DNA from: Tubulanus polymorphus
Taxonomy: Eukaryota > Animalia > Nemertea
NCBI RefSeq assembly: GCF_964204645.1
Contig: NC_134031.1
Location: 13,255,807 to 13,319,806 of the forward strand
Direction of reading: 5' to 3'
Length of the DNA: 64,000 nt
The notes beneath the pieces were generated by a model. It worked only from the letters and a program-made list of their open reading frames with translations. It did not search any database and was not told the DNA's origin. Shown here piece by piece: positions 27,705-40,709 of the stretch. The translations under genes were made by a program, and so were the position numbers. Numbering within the stretch: position 1 is the stretch's first letter; every line of letters starts with the position of its first letter.

Positions 27705-28869
27705 TTTGACAGTTATTCCAGGTTTTTTCCCATAGAATTAAAGTTGATATGATATTCTACTGCTAATCTATGGATGACTGATGGATTATGTTTCCACACC
27801 TACAAACAAAATCATTTTAAAAATTATAAAAATCATTAGGCTGCTTTCACAAAACGCAATCAACTCAAGCCTAACTAAATTGGGAACTTTATCCTAATAA
27901 AATTTCCCTTATCACCATCAAATGGTTTAATAATGCTCAAGAGAATGATGTGTTTAACTAAATTTCAATTACTTTAAATTGAGAGCATTCAGTTTGTGAA
28001 ACACCTAGCCTAACTCGATCACTTAATCAATTTAACTATTGTGTAAGCGAATCATAAATCAAGGTTCGATTACACTGCCTTTCCATTCAACTTCAGCTAA
28101 GTAGGCTGAAAAGATTTTTAACCATTTCTTCAATACAGTGTGAACTAGGGGTCCAGGGATACCAAGCCCACTTAGAAGTGGTTTGAAATGTTCAATTTCA
28201 ATATTCAACGTCCCCTGGGGAACATATACTGAAACCAATGATCGTGAAACTCACCACCATCATAGAAAATGTCGAGATTCAAATGCAATTATGCCTAGGT
28301 ACTAATATAACATGGAAACATACTATACACTCAAAATATTCCGCTATTCAATGCCCACTGGTGAACAAATCAGGGAAGATAATTTTCCGACCTTAGTCGG
28401 ATTTGCAACCTTTTTGATTGATTTTGATCATCCCTGAGATCAATGCAGCATCTTTGCGAAAATTGGGGGAGGGCTGTGTTGTGAAGCATTCCGTGAATTA
28501 TACTTTTAATTCCGGTACTGTAGTTTAGACCGAACCGTAATAGCAATCAAAACTCTGGTTATTCTTTTGTTTTTGTTAGCGAATCATTGCCAAAGAACAA
28601 TACAGCATGTGAATGTGTGCAGCGAGTCCATTTTCCTGGAAATCCTTGATAAAGCCATCCTCCCCGTCAGGGATTCGAACTTGATGGCGTCGAGATTACC
28701 ATGGTATGAAACCCAGCCACACTAGACTGAGTGCGCAGCTTAGATGATGTCATTATTAACCAATCTGATATGCTATTTTATTCTAGCCCGGGTTTTCCCA
28801 TTTATAGTTCTTCCGTGAAATTTACCACAGCGATCATACAACGGACAATCTGATTGGTGCCACAAGTAA

Positions 28870-29836
28870 AACTAGGGGTCCAGGGACACCATGCCCACTT
28901 GGGAAGTGGTTTCAAATGCTCAACAATCTAAAAATTTCAACATTCAACGCCCCCTGGTGACCATTTACAAAAACTTATGTCCTTAAAACTCGCAACAATC
29001 ATAGATGATGTCATGAGCTACAACTTTCCAATTGATTGTGGTTACAAAATATGCATAGGTACGAATATAATAAAGAAATGCTAAGATATTGTATTATTCA
29101 ACGCCCCCTGGTGGCCATATACGAAATCCAATTACCTTGAAACTCACCACATTCATAGAACACGTTATGAGCAACAATTTTCTAATTGATTGTGGTAGCA
29201 AAATATGCTTAGGTATCAATATAATGTGGAAAAACTTTTTCCCACTTACGAATGAGTACTGGTGACACCAAGATGGCCGCCAATTGCGTCATAATTGGCT
29301 GATGAAAAATACCTGTCTCAGGTATAAAACATCCCTTTCCAAAGAATACCCATCACAAATTGTAATGAGAAATGGCAAACCAGTAGGAAGCTACAGGACT
29401 CAGAATTTGGGCCAAAATTAACATTTTTTGGCACTAAAAAGGTCATAGGACGGTCATCTTGAGTCCGACCGACCCAATTTTTGTTATGTTGATGGGCCCT
29501 GGGGGGATTCACATATATCCGAAAGATCAAGGTAATTGATCAAAGCGTCTTCAAAATTTCCCTCAAAAAGTTCAAAAATGTGTAAAAAGTGCTGATTTTG
29601 ACGAACTACAATGGCTGCCAGTCGGCCATCTTGAATCTGACAGGGCCAGTTATTGGGCTGAAGATGTGTCTAGGGTAGATACATGTGTAACCCAAATATC
29701 AAGACATTACCTTGAAGCGTCTTCAAAACTTCCCAAAATAACTGGATTCCATCTACGGACGAACGGACGCTACGACGGACGACGGACGAAAAGTGAACGC
29801 AATAGCCCGCTGGGACTAAAGTCCCAAGTGGGCTAA
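28870..29836 (-). mobile_element. HINE-like element with 2 internal repeats
   Basis: Near-identical to 37032-38302 but with fewer 154-bp units. A terminal fragment of the family also lies at ~28143-28365. Confidence 0.8.
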
Positions 29837-31007
29837 AAACCAGGACAATTTAATACTGTCAGGGACACCGTGACAAGTGCCGTGTCCACGGGACAAGTCC
29901 CGCCGAAAACAGGACAGTTGGCAGCTCTGTAATACCGACCATAGGACCGTTTCGGGTTAAATCGATAATTTAAATTAAATTTTGCCAGGTGATCTTTTGC
30001 CAATGCGGCATTATTCCTATCAACCCATCTTGCCAATGGCTCGCTTTGATTGGCTTTTAGATGCTGCGCATGTGCACTGAGGTGTGCAACTTGTGCGAGA
30101 AAGTTCAAGGAAAGTGTGGAGGACAGAGTTAGAGAAAATAGGAGCATAGAGCGGGATTCAAACTTGGACCAGCATATTGCTAGTCTAATGTCTTTCCACA
30201 AGACCACCGGGGCTCACTGGAATCCACCCGTTACACTACATACAGCCTCACCTTACCTTAACCCTATCCCTAGGGCTATAAAGGGCCCTAAACCTCACCC
30301 TAACCCTAACCTTTTTGGGTTTAATTATCGATGCGCGTTTCACAAATGCAAATTATATGGGAGTGTAGCAAAATTTCAAAATAACTGAGGCGTGGATCTG
30401 GGTAAAAGTGCAGATCCGCACCTCTCGTTAATGGTTCAATCAATTACATTAAATATCACACTCAGAATGTCATCAGGTATTCAATACAGATTGTCACGAT
30501 CTTTGAACCAGACACCATATTGGATGGGTGAATCTAACGTGAAGATATGCTGAAACATTATTTCATGACCAACAAAATAACTTTCTTGTCAATTTCAACA
30601 TTCATGTCAGACAATTTGGCTAGCATTAATAACCCGGGTAACAGTTGACAAAAATTTGATTAGTTTTATGCACTGATTACCCTCATATCGTTTCAGTAAT
30701 TACTTAAGACAAATCTTCACTTCAGATTTCCCAATCCAATATGGCGTCCTATTGAAAGATCGTCACGATTCTGAGATGAAAATTACAATTTTTAGTATGA
30801 AAATTTGTATTCCCGAGTATACTTACCTGCAAAACATACTAGCCAGTAACCTTAGCTTGCTGGTATAACCGCCCGAAATTCAACTTGGCCTACTACCACC
30901 AGCCGGTGGCGCCACCGGAAGTACGCTCATATAATTCTTGGGTAACATAACCCAATGAGCGGGGAGGCGGGAGGGACTAAAACGTATGTTTTGCAGGTAA
31001 GTATACT

Positions 31008-33036
31008 TCAAGGGCCTTCAACACCGCCAGAAGCTCGAGGTAATTTATATGAAACTTCGACTCCCGGCCCGACCACACCCCCACCTTCCGCGACTCCTCG
31101 ACGTGAGCACCCCATCCGTAATGGCTCGCATCCGTATAAAGATAGACTGGAGCCTGGAGCGGGGCTAGGGATGCTCCCTGCGTCACATTCCGTGGAAGCA
31201 TCCACCATCGAAGGGCGCCCAACAGATGGGGGGGCTTGGGGGGCATAAACGCATCCCAACTGAGACTTAAGGCAGCGCACGAGGTCTTCCAAAACCTCTG
31301 CAGCGGCCGACTGTGAAGCCTGCCCAATGGAACAAATGGCTGACATGGAGCTGATCTGACCCAGCACCCTGCTCCAATACCGAGCAGAGTGGGGAACTCC
31401 CTGTAACAGAGGACGAAGAGCCTGGCACAGCTTCAGTACTCTGGCTGCGGTGGGGCGAACGCGTCCCTGTCGCAAATCGAAGTCCATACCGAGGTATGTG
31501 AACTCCTGAGACGGCGAAAGCCGGGACTTCTCTGTGTTGACTCTGAAGCCCAGGTCTTGTATCATGCCGAGGGTCAATTTGATCCCGCGGCGACACTCCA
31601 TGCGAGAGGCCCCTACTATCAGCCAATCGTCCAGGTAGACGTAAAGCCTTACCCCTCGAGATTGCAACTTTTTTTGAACGGCCCTGACTAGTTTGGTGAA
31701 GACCCAGGGTGCCGAGCTGAGCCCGAAGGGCAGAGAACAGAACTGATACACTTGCCCCTTCCACTTCACCCGGAAATATTTCCTGTAGCTGGGGTGGATA
31801 GGGACCTGGAAATAAGCATCCTTTAGATCTATGGATGCTGCCCATTGACCCGGGCGTAGCCCTTGAATGATCTCCTTTGGCGTGGTCATTTTGAACTTTT
31901 GACAATCGAGGTACTTGTTCAGCATCGACAGATCTATGACCGTTCTGAACCTCCGGACGCCTTGGGTACTGTAAAAATTCTCGAGTACACAGTTGCACAG
32001 TCAAAGAGCCTTCACTCTGGAAACCATGTCATTTAAATTCGCTCCATTTGTATAGTAATAGGCTCAGCCTACGGCTGGCCTAAAAATTATGTCTCCTATT
32101 GTACTGCTCGGAAATCGTTTACCTCGGAACAATTTACATGGTTCCAAGTATTCCGAGGTATGCAGAGTCTACTCCATAAAATTTCACGAAGCTACTCTCA
32201 ATCAAGAATTCCAAGTTTCATCTGTCAGCCATTCGATATTCTATCATTTTGCTTCAAATGTTTGATTCGCGTGACTAAGACTTTGCCTAAGACATAAATG
32301 TATTATCTTTTAGTTAAATGAAGAATAAATCATTTCTATTATTAATGAAAAGGGACTTGTAGGCTCGGGTGTTGAGGTTGGTTTCTTCTTGGTATATCTC
32401 GAGCAAAATGGCTTAAAAAATCATGGAATATCAAGATCAAGGTAGGCCCTATATCTAGCCTAAATTTCAAAAACAAAATGGGGCCTATCATCATCACATC
32501 AATCAATGTGAAACCAAGACCCAGGCTGCCGAGCTGAGCCCGAAGGGCAGAGAACGGAACTGATACACTTGCCCCTTCCACTTCACCCGGAAATATTTCC
32601 TGTAGCTGGGGTGGATAGGGACCTGGAAATAAGCATCCTTTAGATCTATGGATGCTGCCCATTGACCCGGGCGTAGCCCTTGAATGATCTCCTTTGGCGT
32701 GGTCATTTGGAACTTTTGACAATCGAGGTACTTGTTCAGCATCGACAGATCTATGACCGTTCTGAGACCTCCGGATGCCTTGGGTACTGTAAAAATTCTC
32801 GAGTACCAGCCCGGAGACCCTGGATCCTCGACCAATTCCAGTGCCCTTTTGTCCCAGAGCTCTTGAATGGCTGGATCTATGTGCAGCTCCTGGCCCTGTT
32901 TGGGCTTCATGTCCTCCGGGGTCCTGGTCAAGGGCGGCCTCTCTCTAAAAGACATGCGATACCCGGTCGAGACAACCCGAGTCGGCCAGGTATCGCCAAA
33001 AATCTCTGCAGACCAGTGGGAAGCGCAGGTTTGTAA
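31008..33036 (-). pseudogene. DIRS reverse transcriptase/RNase H, with a duplicated segment, foreign insert, frameshift and 3' truncation
   Basis: GWYSRIFTVPKASGGLRTVIDLS, IDLKDAYF, LPFGLSSAP, YLDDWL, YLG, LYTDAS..GWGA, HINYLELLAV. Frameshift at ~31325. Confidence 0.9.
31991..32514 (+). repeat. ~525-bp copy of HMCES intron sequence 26543-27068 inserted into the DIRS RT
   Basis: Near-identical from agttgcacagtcaaagagcc to caatcaatgtgaaac. It is flanked by a ~290-bp direct duplication of RT (31699-31988 / 32516-32806). Confidence 0.9.
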
Positions 33037-33060
33037 ACAGCCCCCACTGGTCCCTGGCCT

Positions 33061-35312
33061 TCAAAGCTTGTCCTTCCTCGCGAACTTCCGAAACCCCTGT
33101 CCTTTCTTGGGGCCTTTTCCCTTCCCCTTGAAGGACCTATTCCGGGCCTCGGGCTTGCCCAACTGCTGTCTAGGGGCTGAACCCCAACCAGACTTCTGTT
33201 GCAGCTTGGAGGACAAATCAACACCGGAGGTCCCCTGGTCACCCGACTTCTTCGGAATACGCCACACTCCGGGCTTACTCTGAGTTTCCCTGATCTTCTG
33301 TGCCGGGACTGCAGCCGGCCCACACCAACCGGAAAACAAGCGAGACGAATCGCCCAGCAGAGCCCTGTATAAGGCCTTCTTCACTGGGTCCGGAAGTTTG
33401 GCATCCTTTAGCAACGACTGACGCGCCACCAGAGCCAAATTAGCTTGCACCCTTATCGCTAAGGGTACCTGATGGCACAAGGACTTTGCCATAGACTGTA
33501 ACAACCTATCCAAGATCACAACCTTGTCGGCTATCTCGTTGGGGTCAGGGTTGTCTCTAGCAAGAACCTCCTTGACTGCCGACAATTCACCATGCATGGC
33601 TAATAAAGCTACGTCCTGGAAGCTATTTATCGTACACAAGTTCTCTGACAAACTCTGTAGAGCCTGAAGAGCCTGCTTAGGCATGGAGAGCGATGGTGAT
33701 TAAACGGACGGGAGCCCTATCGAGCTGGCGTCCTTGTCCAACGACGTGTGCGGTTTGAAGGAGAACCCCGGGGTTGAATAGAACCCGGTTCTGAACCCTC
33801 TTATCTTGGGGTCTACCGCCGTGAAGAACCTATTATCCTTCGCCCCTGATTCCAGGGGGGGCCAAGTCCACTCCTGAGAGGTTCTCTTTGAACCCCATAA
33901 TGTGGAATGCAAGGCCTCTTTAAATTCCTCGCGGTAGCTTGCATGAGGGGCGAGGGCCACCTCTTCTTGACCCTCCTGAGCCTCAAAGATCTTACTGGCC
34001 GCCGCCCCGTGTTGAGTGGGCTTAGGCCTCTGAGACGTACCCCCATAGTTGACCAGGACCTCCTGAATCAACTGGTTCCACGATAAGTCGGGACCCTGAT
34101 CCCCCCTGTGGAGGGAGAAGGAGAACCGGCTCGGCATAAGGGCGTTGCCGCGGGTAACCACCTTGCTGAAGTACCTTCAAGGTTCATACCCTGTACGAGC
34201 CGACTAGGGGGGTTGGATAGTGAACCCGACTGGGGCCCCTGTTCCTCATCAAAATCAGAGCCTGCTTGAAGATCGACTCGATCCTCATTACGAGAATCAG
34301 GCTCGGATTCCGAGGCAGGTACCGCTTCTACAGCTGTTACCCGGCTATCAATAGTAGAAATCTTTTCCACCAAGGCCGAAAGCTGTCGAGTACAGGTAGC
34401 CATAAATGATTTCAACTCCTCTACGCTGGGGTCATTGCGCCCTTGCGAAGGGGGAGTGGACCTGCGATGAAAGTAACGCCTGTAATCTCTCGCCAGCCTA
34501 GAAGACCTCGAGTCAGTTGACGACTCAGAATGACGTCGAGAGCGATTAAGGGGCTTACGTTTCCTAGACCGTGCCCTATGGGCATTCGTGGACCGGTTAC
34601 TGCTTGAACTCCCCGCAGAGGAATGACTCCTCCTGGGGCTAGAAGTCGAAACTGTAGCGTTATGTAGCCTGCGACCGGCACGAGTCCCTTGTGAGCCCGA
34701 CCGTGACCGGTGGTCCCGCGACCGTGGATCCCTTGAACGCGACCGGTAGTCCCGTGACCGTGAATCCCTTGAACATGACCGTGGAACCCGTGAACGCGAC
34801 CGGTAGTCCCGTGACCGTGGATCTCGTGAACGTGACCGTGGATCCCGTGACCGTGGATCCGTGGACCGGGTATCGTCCACTTTGGAGGGCCTGTCCGGGA
34901 CACAGTTCTTGGCCTGTGCCCACGGAGACCTCTGGGCACCACTGCCGCCATCAGGTAATGGCAGACAGGTGCCTAGGCGTTGGCCCTGACCAGGAGCCTG
35001 GGCAGGACCAGATGAAGCCACACCGGCCCCCGCCCCGCTGGAGGGAGGGGGTGGGTTACTGGAACCCTCTGGTTGGATACCGGTCGCTTTTGACCATGAA
35101 GCGGCTGGACGAGATCGTGCAGTTCGCTTCCACGTGGCTTCATCCCACACCGCGCAGTGAGGACACTAGGAGTGTCGACTGCAGGGCTGACCGTGGACAG
35201 CCTTGCGGCAGGCCTGACACGTATCATGCGTGTCCCATAAGCCGAACACACGGCCACAACCCTTATTCGAACACCTCTTCTGCCCATTGGGGGCAAGAGG
35301 TGAACTGGACAT
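33061..35312 (-). pseudogene. DIRS ORF1 (gag-like), broken by stops and frameshifts
   Basis: N-terminal Cys/His cluster (CSNKGC...DTHDTCQAC...C...CPHCAVW), an RS-rich repeat tract (~34700-34870) and a helical C-terminal part. It is pieced from ORFs 35166-35354, 34068-35150, 33700-34161 and 33061-33684. Confidence 0.75.
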
Positions 35313-36125
35313 TCTGATTTCGAAAAAACGAATAAGATGCCTTAGAAAAATCAATTACAAAATGCGAACGGCTAAGAATACTCAATTACAAAATGCGAAC
35401 GGGACCGAACAGAGAGAACCGTCGCCGAGAAATCTCTGAACCGGAACGGTGAATCGAATTGATGGGATTGAATCTCGGCAAAGAAAAGAAACCTCACCGT
35501 ATTGGGAACGACGCTGGGCCGATCCCGGCAATCCAATCGTTATTTCTTCAAAAAACTCCTACTCTACAATTCTTCACCAAACACGTGCCGATGGGTTCGT
35601 TGAAACGAGAGAACACGCGATTAAAACGGGCAACCAGCTCAATGACATTAACCATGCCACCGCGCCAAGAATTATATGAGCGTACTTCCGGTGGCGCCAC
35701 CGGCTGGTGGTAGTAGGCCAAGTTGAATTTCGGGCGGTTATACCAGCAAGCTAAGGTTACTGGCTAGTATGTTTCGCAGGGAATATATATGAAGGGAATA
35801 CCGGGCTAAAAATCTACTTTCTAGTTAAGATATCATAAAATAAATCACTGCATTGGATTCCGTGAGACATTCTGAAGCTAGAACAGTGATTTGTAATTTA
35901 GTAGATTGCGTTTATCATGAGAGGTGCGGATCTGCACTTTTACCCGGATCTGCACTTTAACCATTCGTTCTTGTTTAGCAAACGAGTTGAAATTTTCTTT
36001 TTATTCAGTTGGCCTGAGTCAGTAACCTGTCTCAGTCATTAAGTTTCACGATCAGATATTTTCACATTCATTTGCATTGCAGTCCGATCTTACCACCAAC
36101 AATTGGGTAACTAACTGTTGGCTAG

Positions 36126-36632
36126 ACTGTCTGTCACACCTGCTCTTCGTGCGACATTTTGGTCCGTAATTTCGTTAATAATCGGTTTATCTACCTTTAT
36201 TACGGACCTATTTGTTCAGTGATGAATTTACATTCAGAAATAAACAACAAATTTTACTTAAGTTGTTTTTGTTTGCATTTAGGAGCGATAGTTTACTCAG
36301 CATATGCTCACGTAATGCCGAAAAATCCGCTCCGCGGACGCTCGGAAACGTTACAGTGACGTCATCACCTGCTCATTAGCACATCAAAATACAGTAGGTG
36401 GCGCACTGTGATGGGCCGAAAAAGCCATTTTTCAGCATTACGCGAGCGCATGCTAGGTAAACTATCCCAGATAGATGAAAACACAAACAAATCTATGCCA
36501 GTTCATGATTTATTTCTGATTGCAAATTCCTTACTGAACAAATTGATGCATCACATTTACAGGTAGGCTAACCAGATTAATAACGAAATTACGGACCAAT
36601 ATGTCGCACGAAGAGCAGGTGTGACTGACAGT
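36126..36632. mobile_element. MITE with ~55-bp TIRs
   Basis: actgtctgtcacacctgctcttcgtgcgacattttggtccgtaatttcgtt / aacgaaattacggaccaatatgtcgcacgaagagcaggtgtgactgacagt. Confidence 0.8.
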
Positions 36633-37031
36633 AGTTCCTAGCGGTTGTGCTTCCCCAAACAAACAGCAGGGGAACCCGTAACGTAACAACGACTGGTATT
36701 CAGACTAACGTGGCTTTCAGTTATAGTAGTTACCTAATCGTTGGTGGTATTGGTAAGCTTTTTATAACCGGATGGGCTTATACCAGATTAATATCGGATG
36801 GGCTTATAACATACCTCATGTGGTTTGTGAAAATATTCGATCATGAAACTAAACCACAGACAGGTTACTGACTAACCGTGGCTAAACTGTTGGCCTAACC
36901 AACGCTTGTCTGAATACAAGTCGTTGTTACCGGTTCTCTTACAACGTCTGACGCTTAAGTATCATATAGGCTTATAGAGGTTAACTCCAACAACTGATTT
37001 TAGTGTCAAATCAAACATTTGTACTAAAAAA

Positions 37032-38302
37032 AACTAGGGGTCCAGGGACACCATGCCCACTTGGGAAGTGGTTTCAAATGCTCAACAATCTAACAATTTC
37101 AACATTCAACGCCCCCTGGTGACCATTTACAAAAACCAATGACCTTGAAACTCACCACAATCATAGAACATGTTGACAGCTACGATTTTGTAATTGTGAT
37201 AACAAAATATGCCTCGTTACCAATTTAATATGGAAATACTAAGTCATTCTACTATTCAACGCCCCCTGGTGACCATATTCAAAACCCAATGACCTCGAAA
37301 CTCACCACAATCATAGAACATGTCATGAACTACAACTTTGCAATTGATCATGGTAACAAAATATGCCTAGGTACCAATATAATAAGGAAATACTAAGTTA
37401 TTCTACTATTCAACGCCCCCTGGTGACCATACAGAAAAACTTATGTCCTTAAAACTCGCAACAATCATAGATGATGTCATGAGCTACAACTTTCCAATTG
37501 ATTGTGGTTACAAAATATGCATAGGTACGAATATAATAAAGAAATGCTAAGATATTGTATTATTCAACGCCCCCTGGTGGCCATATACGAAATCCAATTA
37601 CCTTGAAACTCACCACAATCATAGAACACGTTATGAGCTACAACTTTCTAATTGATTGTGGTAGCAAAATACGCTTAGGTATCAATATAATGTGGAAAAA
37701 CTTTTTCCCGCTTACGAATGAGTACTGGTGACACCAAGATGGCCGCCAATTGCGTCATAATTGGCTGATGAAAAATACCTGTCTCAGGTATAAAACATCC
37801 CTTTCCAAAGAATACCCATCACAAATTGTAATGAGAAATGGCAAACCAGTAGGAAGCTACAGGACTCAGAATTTGGGCCAAAATTAACATTTTTGGGCAC
37901 TAAAAAGGTCATAGGACGGCCATCTTGAGTCCGACCAACCCAATTTTTGTTATGTTGATGGGCCCTGGGGGGATTCACATATATCCGAAAGATCAAGGTA
38001 ATTGATCAAAGCGTCTTCAAAATTTCCCTCAAAAAGTTCAAAAATGTGTAAAAAGTGCTGATTTTGACGAACAACAATGGCTGCCAGTCGGCCATCTTGA
38101 TTCTGACAGGGCCAGTTTTTGGGCTGAAGATGTGTCTAGGGTAGATACATGTGTAACCCAAATATCAAGACATTACCTTGAAGCGTCTTCAAAACTTCCC
38201 AAAATAACTGGATTCCGTCAACGGATGGACGGACGCTACGACGGACGACGGACGAAAAGTGAACGCAATAGCCCGCTGGGACTAAAGTCCCAAGTGGGCT
38301 AA
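37032..38302 (-). mobile_element. HINE-like element with 4 internal ~154-bp repeats
   Basis: Terminal palindrome plus subTIR (gcccacttggga); repeat anchors at 37107, 37257, 37411 and 37565; (GGAC/GAC)n microsatellite; subTIR with inverted repeat at the other end; A-rich flanks (TT target on the minus strand). Confidence 0.8.
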
Positions 38303-38744
38303 TAAATTAGTTGTTGATGAAGTTAGTTCATATTTGTATTGCTAGTTTGCCGTAACCCAATCCGTGTATCACTGAAAACCGGATTCTGTATACGTGTACT
38401 GTATGCTACGTGGTACTGATAGTCAAGCAGAAATAAACATCATATGTTCTGTTAAATATATCGTGTTTTGTCCTGTTTGCCGGACCTCGGAAAGTCAGCA
38501 TTAGTTACCTTGTCGACTTTGAAAACCTGTTTTATAATAATATTTTTGATGATTTAAATCGCGAACCGGAGAGTTTATTGATTTGATTTGAATTGATTGC
38601 CACAATCGGGATTTCCAATACGGACTAAATTAATAAAATGTGAAAATTCAATATGCCTCTCTGAAATTACTCTTGGAATATCCCAAAAAGATCGTGGACA
38701 ATAAAAAATAAATAGACTTTAGATGGCAACACCTTTTTATTGTA

Positions 38745-39186
38745 GCGCTTTTACGAAATTGAATCTGATTCGATTTAGCTAAATCCGATTCGATGTCAGA
38801 AAACAAAAGGTTTAGTAAATCGAATCGTTTTTCGTAAATGAGTCGAATCGATTTGACTCATTTACGATCATCATCAATAATTCGGTCACCATTGATGCCC
38901 ATTTTCTTTCGAAAGAAAATGGGCATCAATGGTGACCGAATTATTGATAGATGATGGTCTTAAGCCCGCGGTCGAAGAGGACGCCATGTTGGATTTCACT
39001 GACTAAATCGCCACTAACTTGCTCGCCGAGCAAGTTAGTCGATTTAATAAATCAATTTACTAAACCGCGTCCATAAACGAGTTGATTTACCAAATCCGAT
39101 TCACTAAACCGCGTGCCGTAAACGTGAAGCTTAAAATTTAAGTCCTACTTAAATCGATTTACAAAGATTCAGTTTCGTAAAAGCGC
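38745..39186. mobile_element. MITE with TIRs that contains a perfect 76-bp palindrome (38873-38948)
   Basis: gcgcttttacgaaattgaatc / gattcagtttcgtaaaagcgc. Confidence 0.65.
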
Positions 39187-40709
39187 CTTTGGTATGACTG
39201 CAGTTTCTTTAGGTGTCCCTAATAATGGTTATGTTAGGTATGTTCATGTCCGTGCGGGGCGCCACTCTCGATTGTGACGACCATTATTGATTAGGAAAAG
39301 TGTGATGCGCGTTTTTTCTACGCGGTTTGACATCGCGTAGTAAAATCATTCATAAAACTTGTCTATCAATGCAAATGAGCTAAAATCTTTTGGAATCAAC
39401 CAATAAGATCGATCTTTATCACTTGGGGGTTGGTTTAGTGTATAAATCCGCATTTTAGTCCAAGAAAATAGAAATCGAAATATACCCTTTTTCAAGAGCA
39501 AAATTCGTCAGCTTAGGACCCGGAATAAGCAACGAATCATCAGGAATCGGAAGGTTTAGGATCTTAAAATTCAAATACTGAAGACCGCATGATTTTATTT
39601 CGTGTCGGGGCTGAGCGATCGCTGCCGGAAAAGTCGATGTCTAAGTTTTGCGTTGAAGCGAGCTATACAAAATGGCGGCCGGCACTTGTTATTGAATGAC
39701 GACGCGCCGCGCTGCTCGTGATGAGATCAATATTCAACAATTATTCATCGGTCTAGCGGTGAATTATTGTACTTATTTTCCGATTCATAATTATTCATCA
39801 CTATATTTCTGAATATTAGGACAGATTTAGCGAAATGATCGGCAAAACGCCACTACGCTCCGGTCGGTAAAGCGGCTGTTGAAAAGGGAGGCGTCTAATG
39901 GGATGAATTGAGGCTTGTGACGGGCAAAAATAGAGGCGCGTGATGGGACAGTGAGGCTCCCGAGGGGATTTCCCAAAAGCAGCAAAATTGAAATATATAT
40001 AAAATATTGTTGAAATTTAGCTCAAAACAAAACAAATGGATTATTATTTAGTTATTATTAGTAGTATTATTACTATTGCTTGGTTTATGTTTCTAAACTG
40101 ATTGATTTTATTATGATATCATGAATATATTTCAAATTTCAGTTTTGAGCTAGGCCAAGCCTAATTTTCTGCTTTTCTTAACTAAAATTCATTTAGCAAA
40201 TATATATAAAATTGGTATATTTAAATCAATTTGCAATAGGAGCCTATGGCTAATGACCTAACTGACAGGCCTTGATAATCATGTTTATTCATTTCAAAAA
40301 TAATGTAGTGAAAAAAATAATTTCATCTGAAATCATATCAATATTTCACATTTTTTCTTGCCGTTACCATGGAAACCTAATAATAATAATCCATATAATA
40401 ATAGATATTCCTAGATAAACTTAGGGCAAACATAAACTATTGATAACTAGTTATTCTATCCCCTTTCTACATCATAACTTTTGATCTAACATCAATATTT
40501 TCATTATTTTACCATTTTTCGGCTGGTTTCCATGGAAACCATAGGCATTTGGAATCAGATAAAAATTTTGGGTCTTTCAACTGTCACCTGAAAGTGCTAT
40601 GAGTGTATTGCTCTTTAAATTTCTAGTCTATCTCTTTTAGTTTAAGAGATATTGAAGTTTGTTTACATGAAATATTGCCTTCTTAGATCACAGTTTTTGT
40701 GTATTGAAA

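Larger units (their letters stand above)
30779..35798 (-). mobile_element. DIRS1-like retrotransposon, internally deleted (no tyrosine recombinase) and rearranged
   Basis: ~116-bp ITRs at 30826-30941 and 35665-35780. An internal complementary region at 30984-31007 pairs with 30816-30839. Gag-like ORF1 and DIRS-type RT/RNase H fragments are present. Confidence 0.9.
30395..35950. mobile_element. MITE split by the DIRS insertion
   Basis: Inverted ends gggtaaaagtgcagatccgcacctctc (~30400) and gagaggtgcggatctgcacttttaccc (~35919) flank the DIRS element. Confidence 0.6.

Noticed and set aside
28660-28740. B-box-containing tRNA-like sequences (also ~16295-16340, ~21170, ~21490-21550, ~45215)
   Set aside because: No complete cloverleaf; best explained as decayed SINE/MITE parts, so not called as tRNA genes.
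34421-35317. Overlapping repetitive ORFs (GIHGHG, TVDP)
   Set aside because: Alternative frames of the RS-rich repeat in DIRS ORF1.
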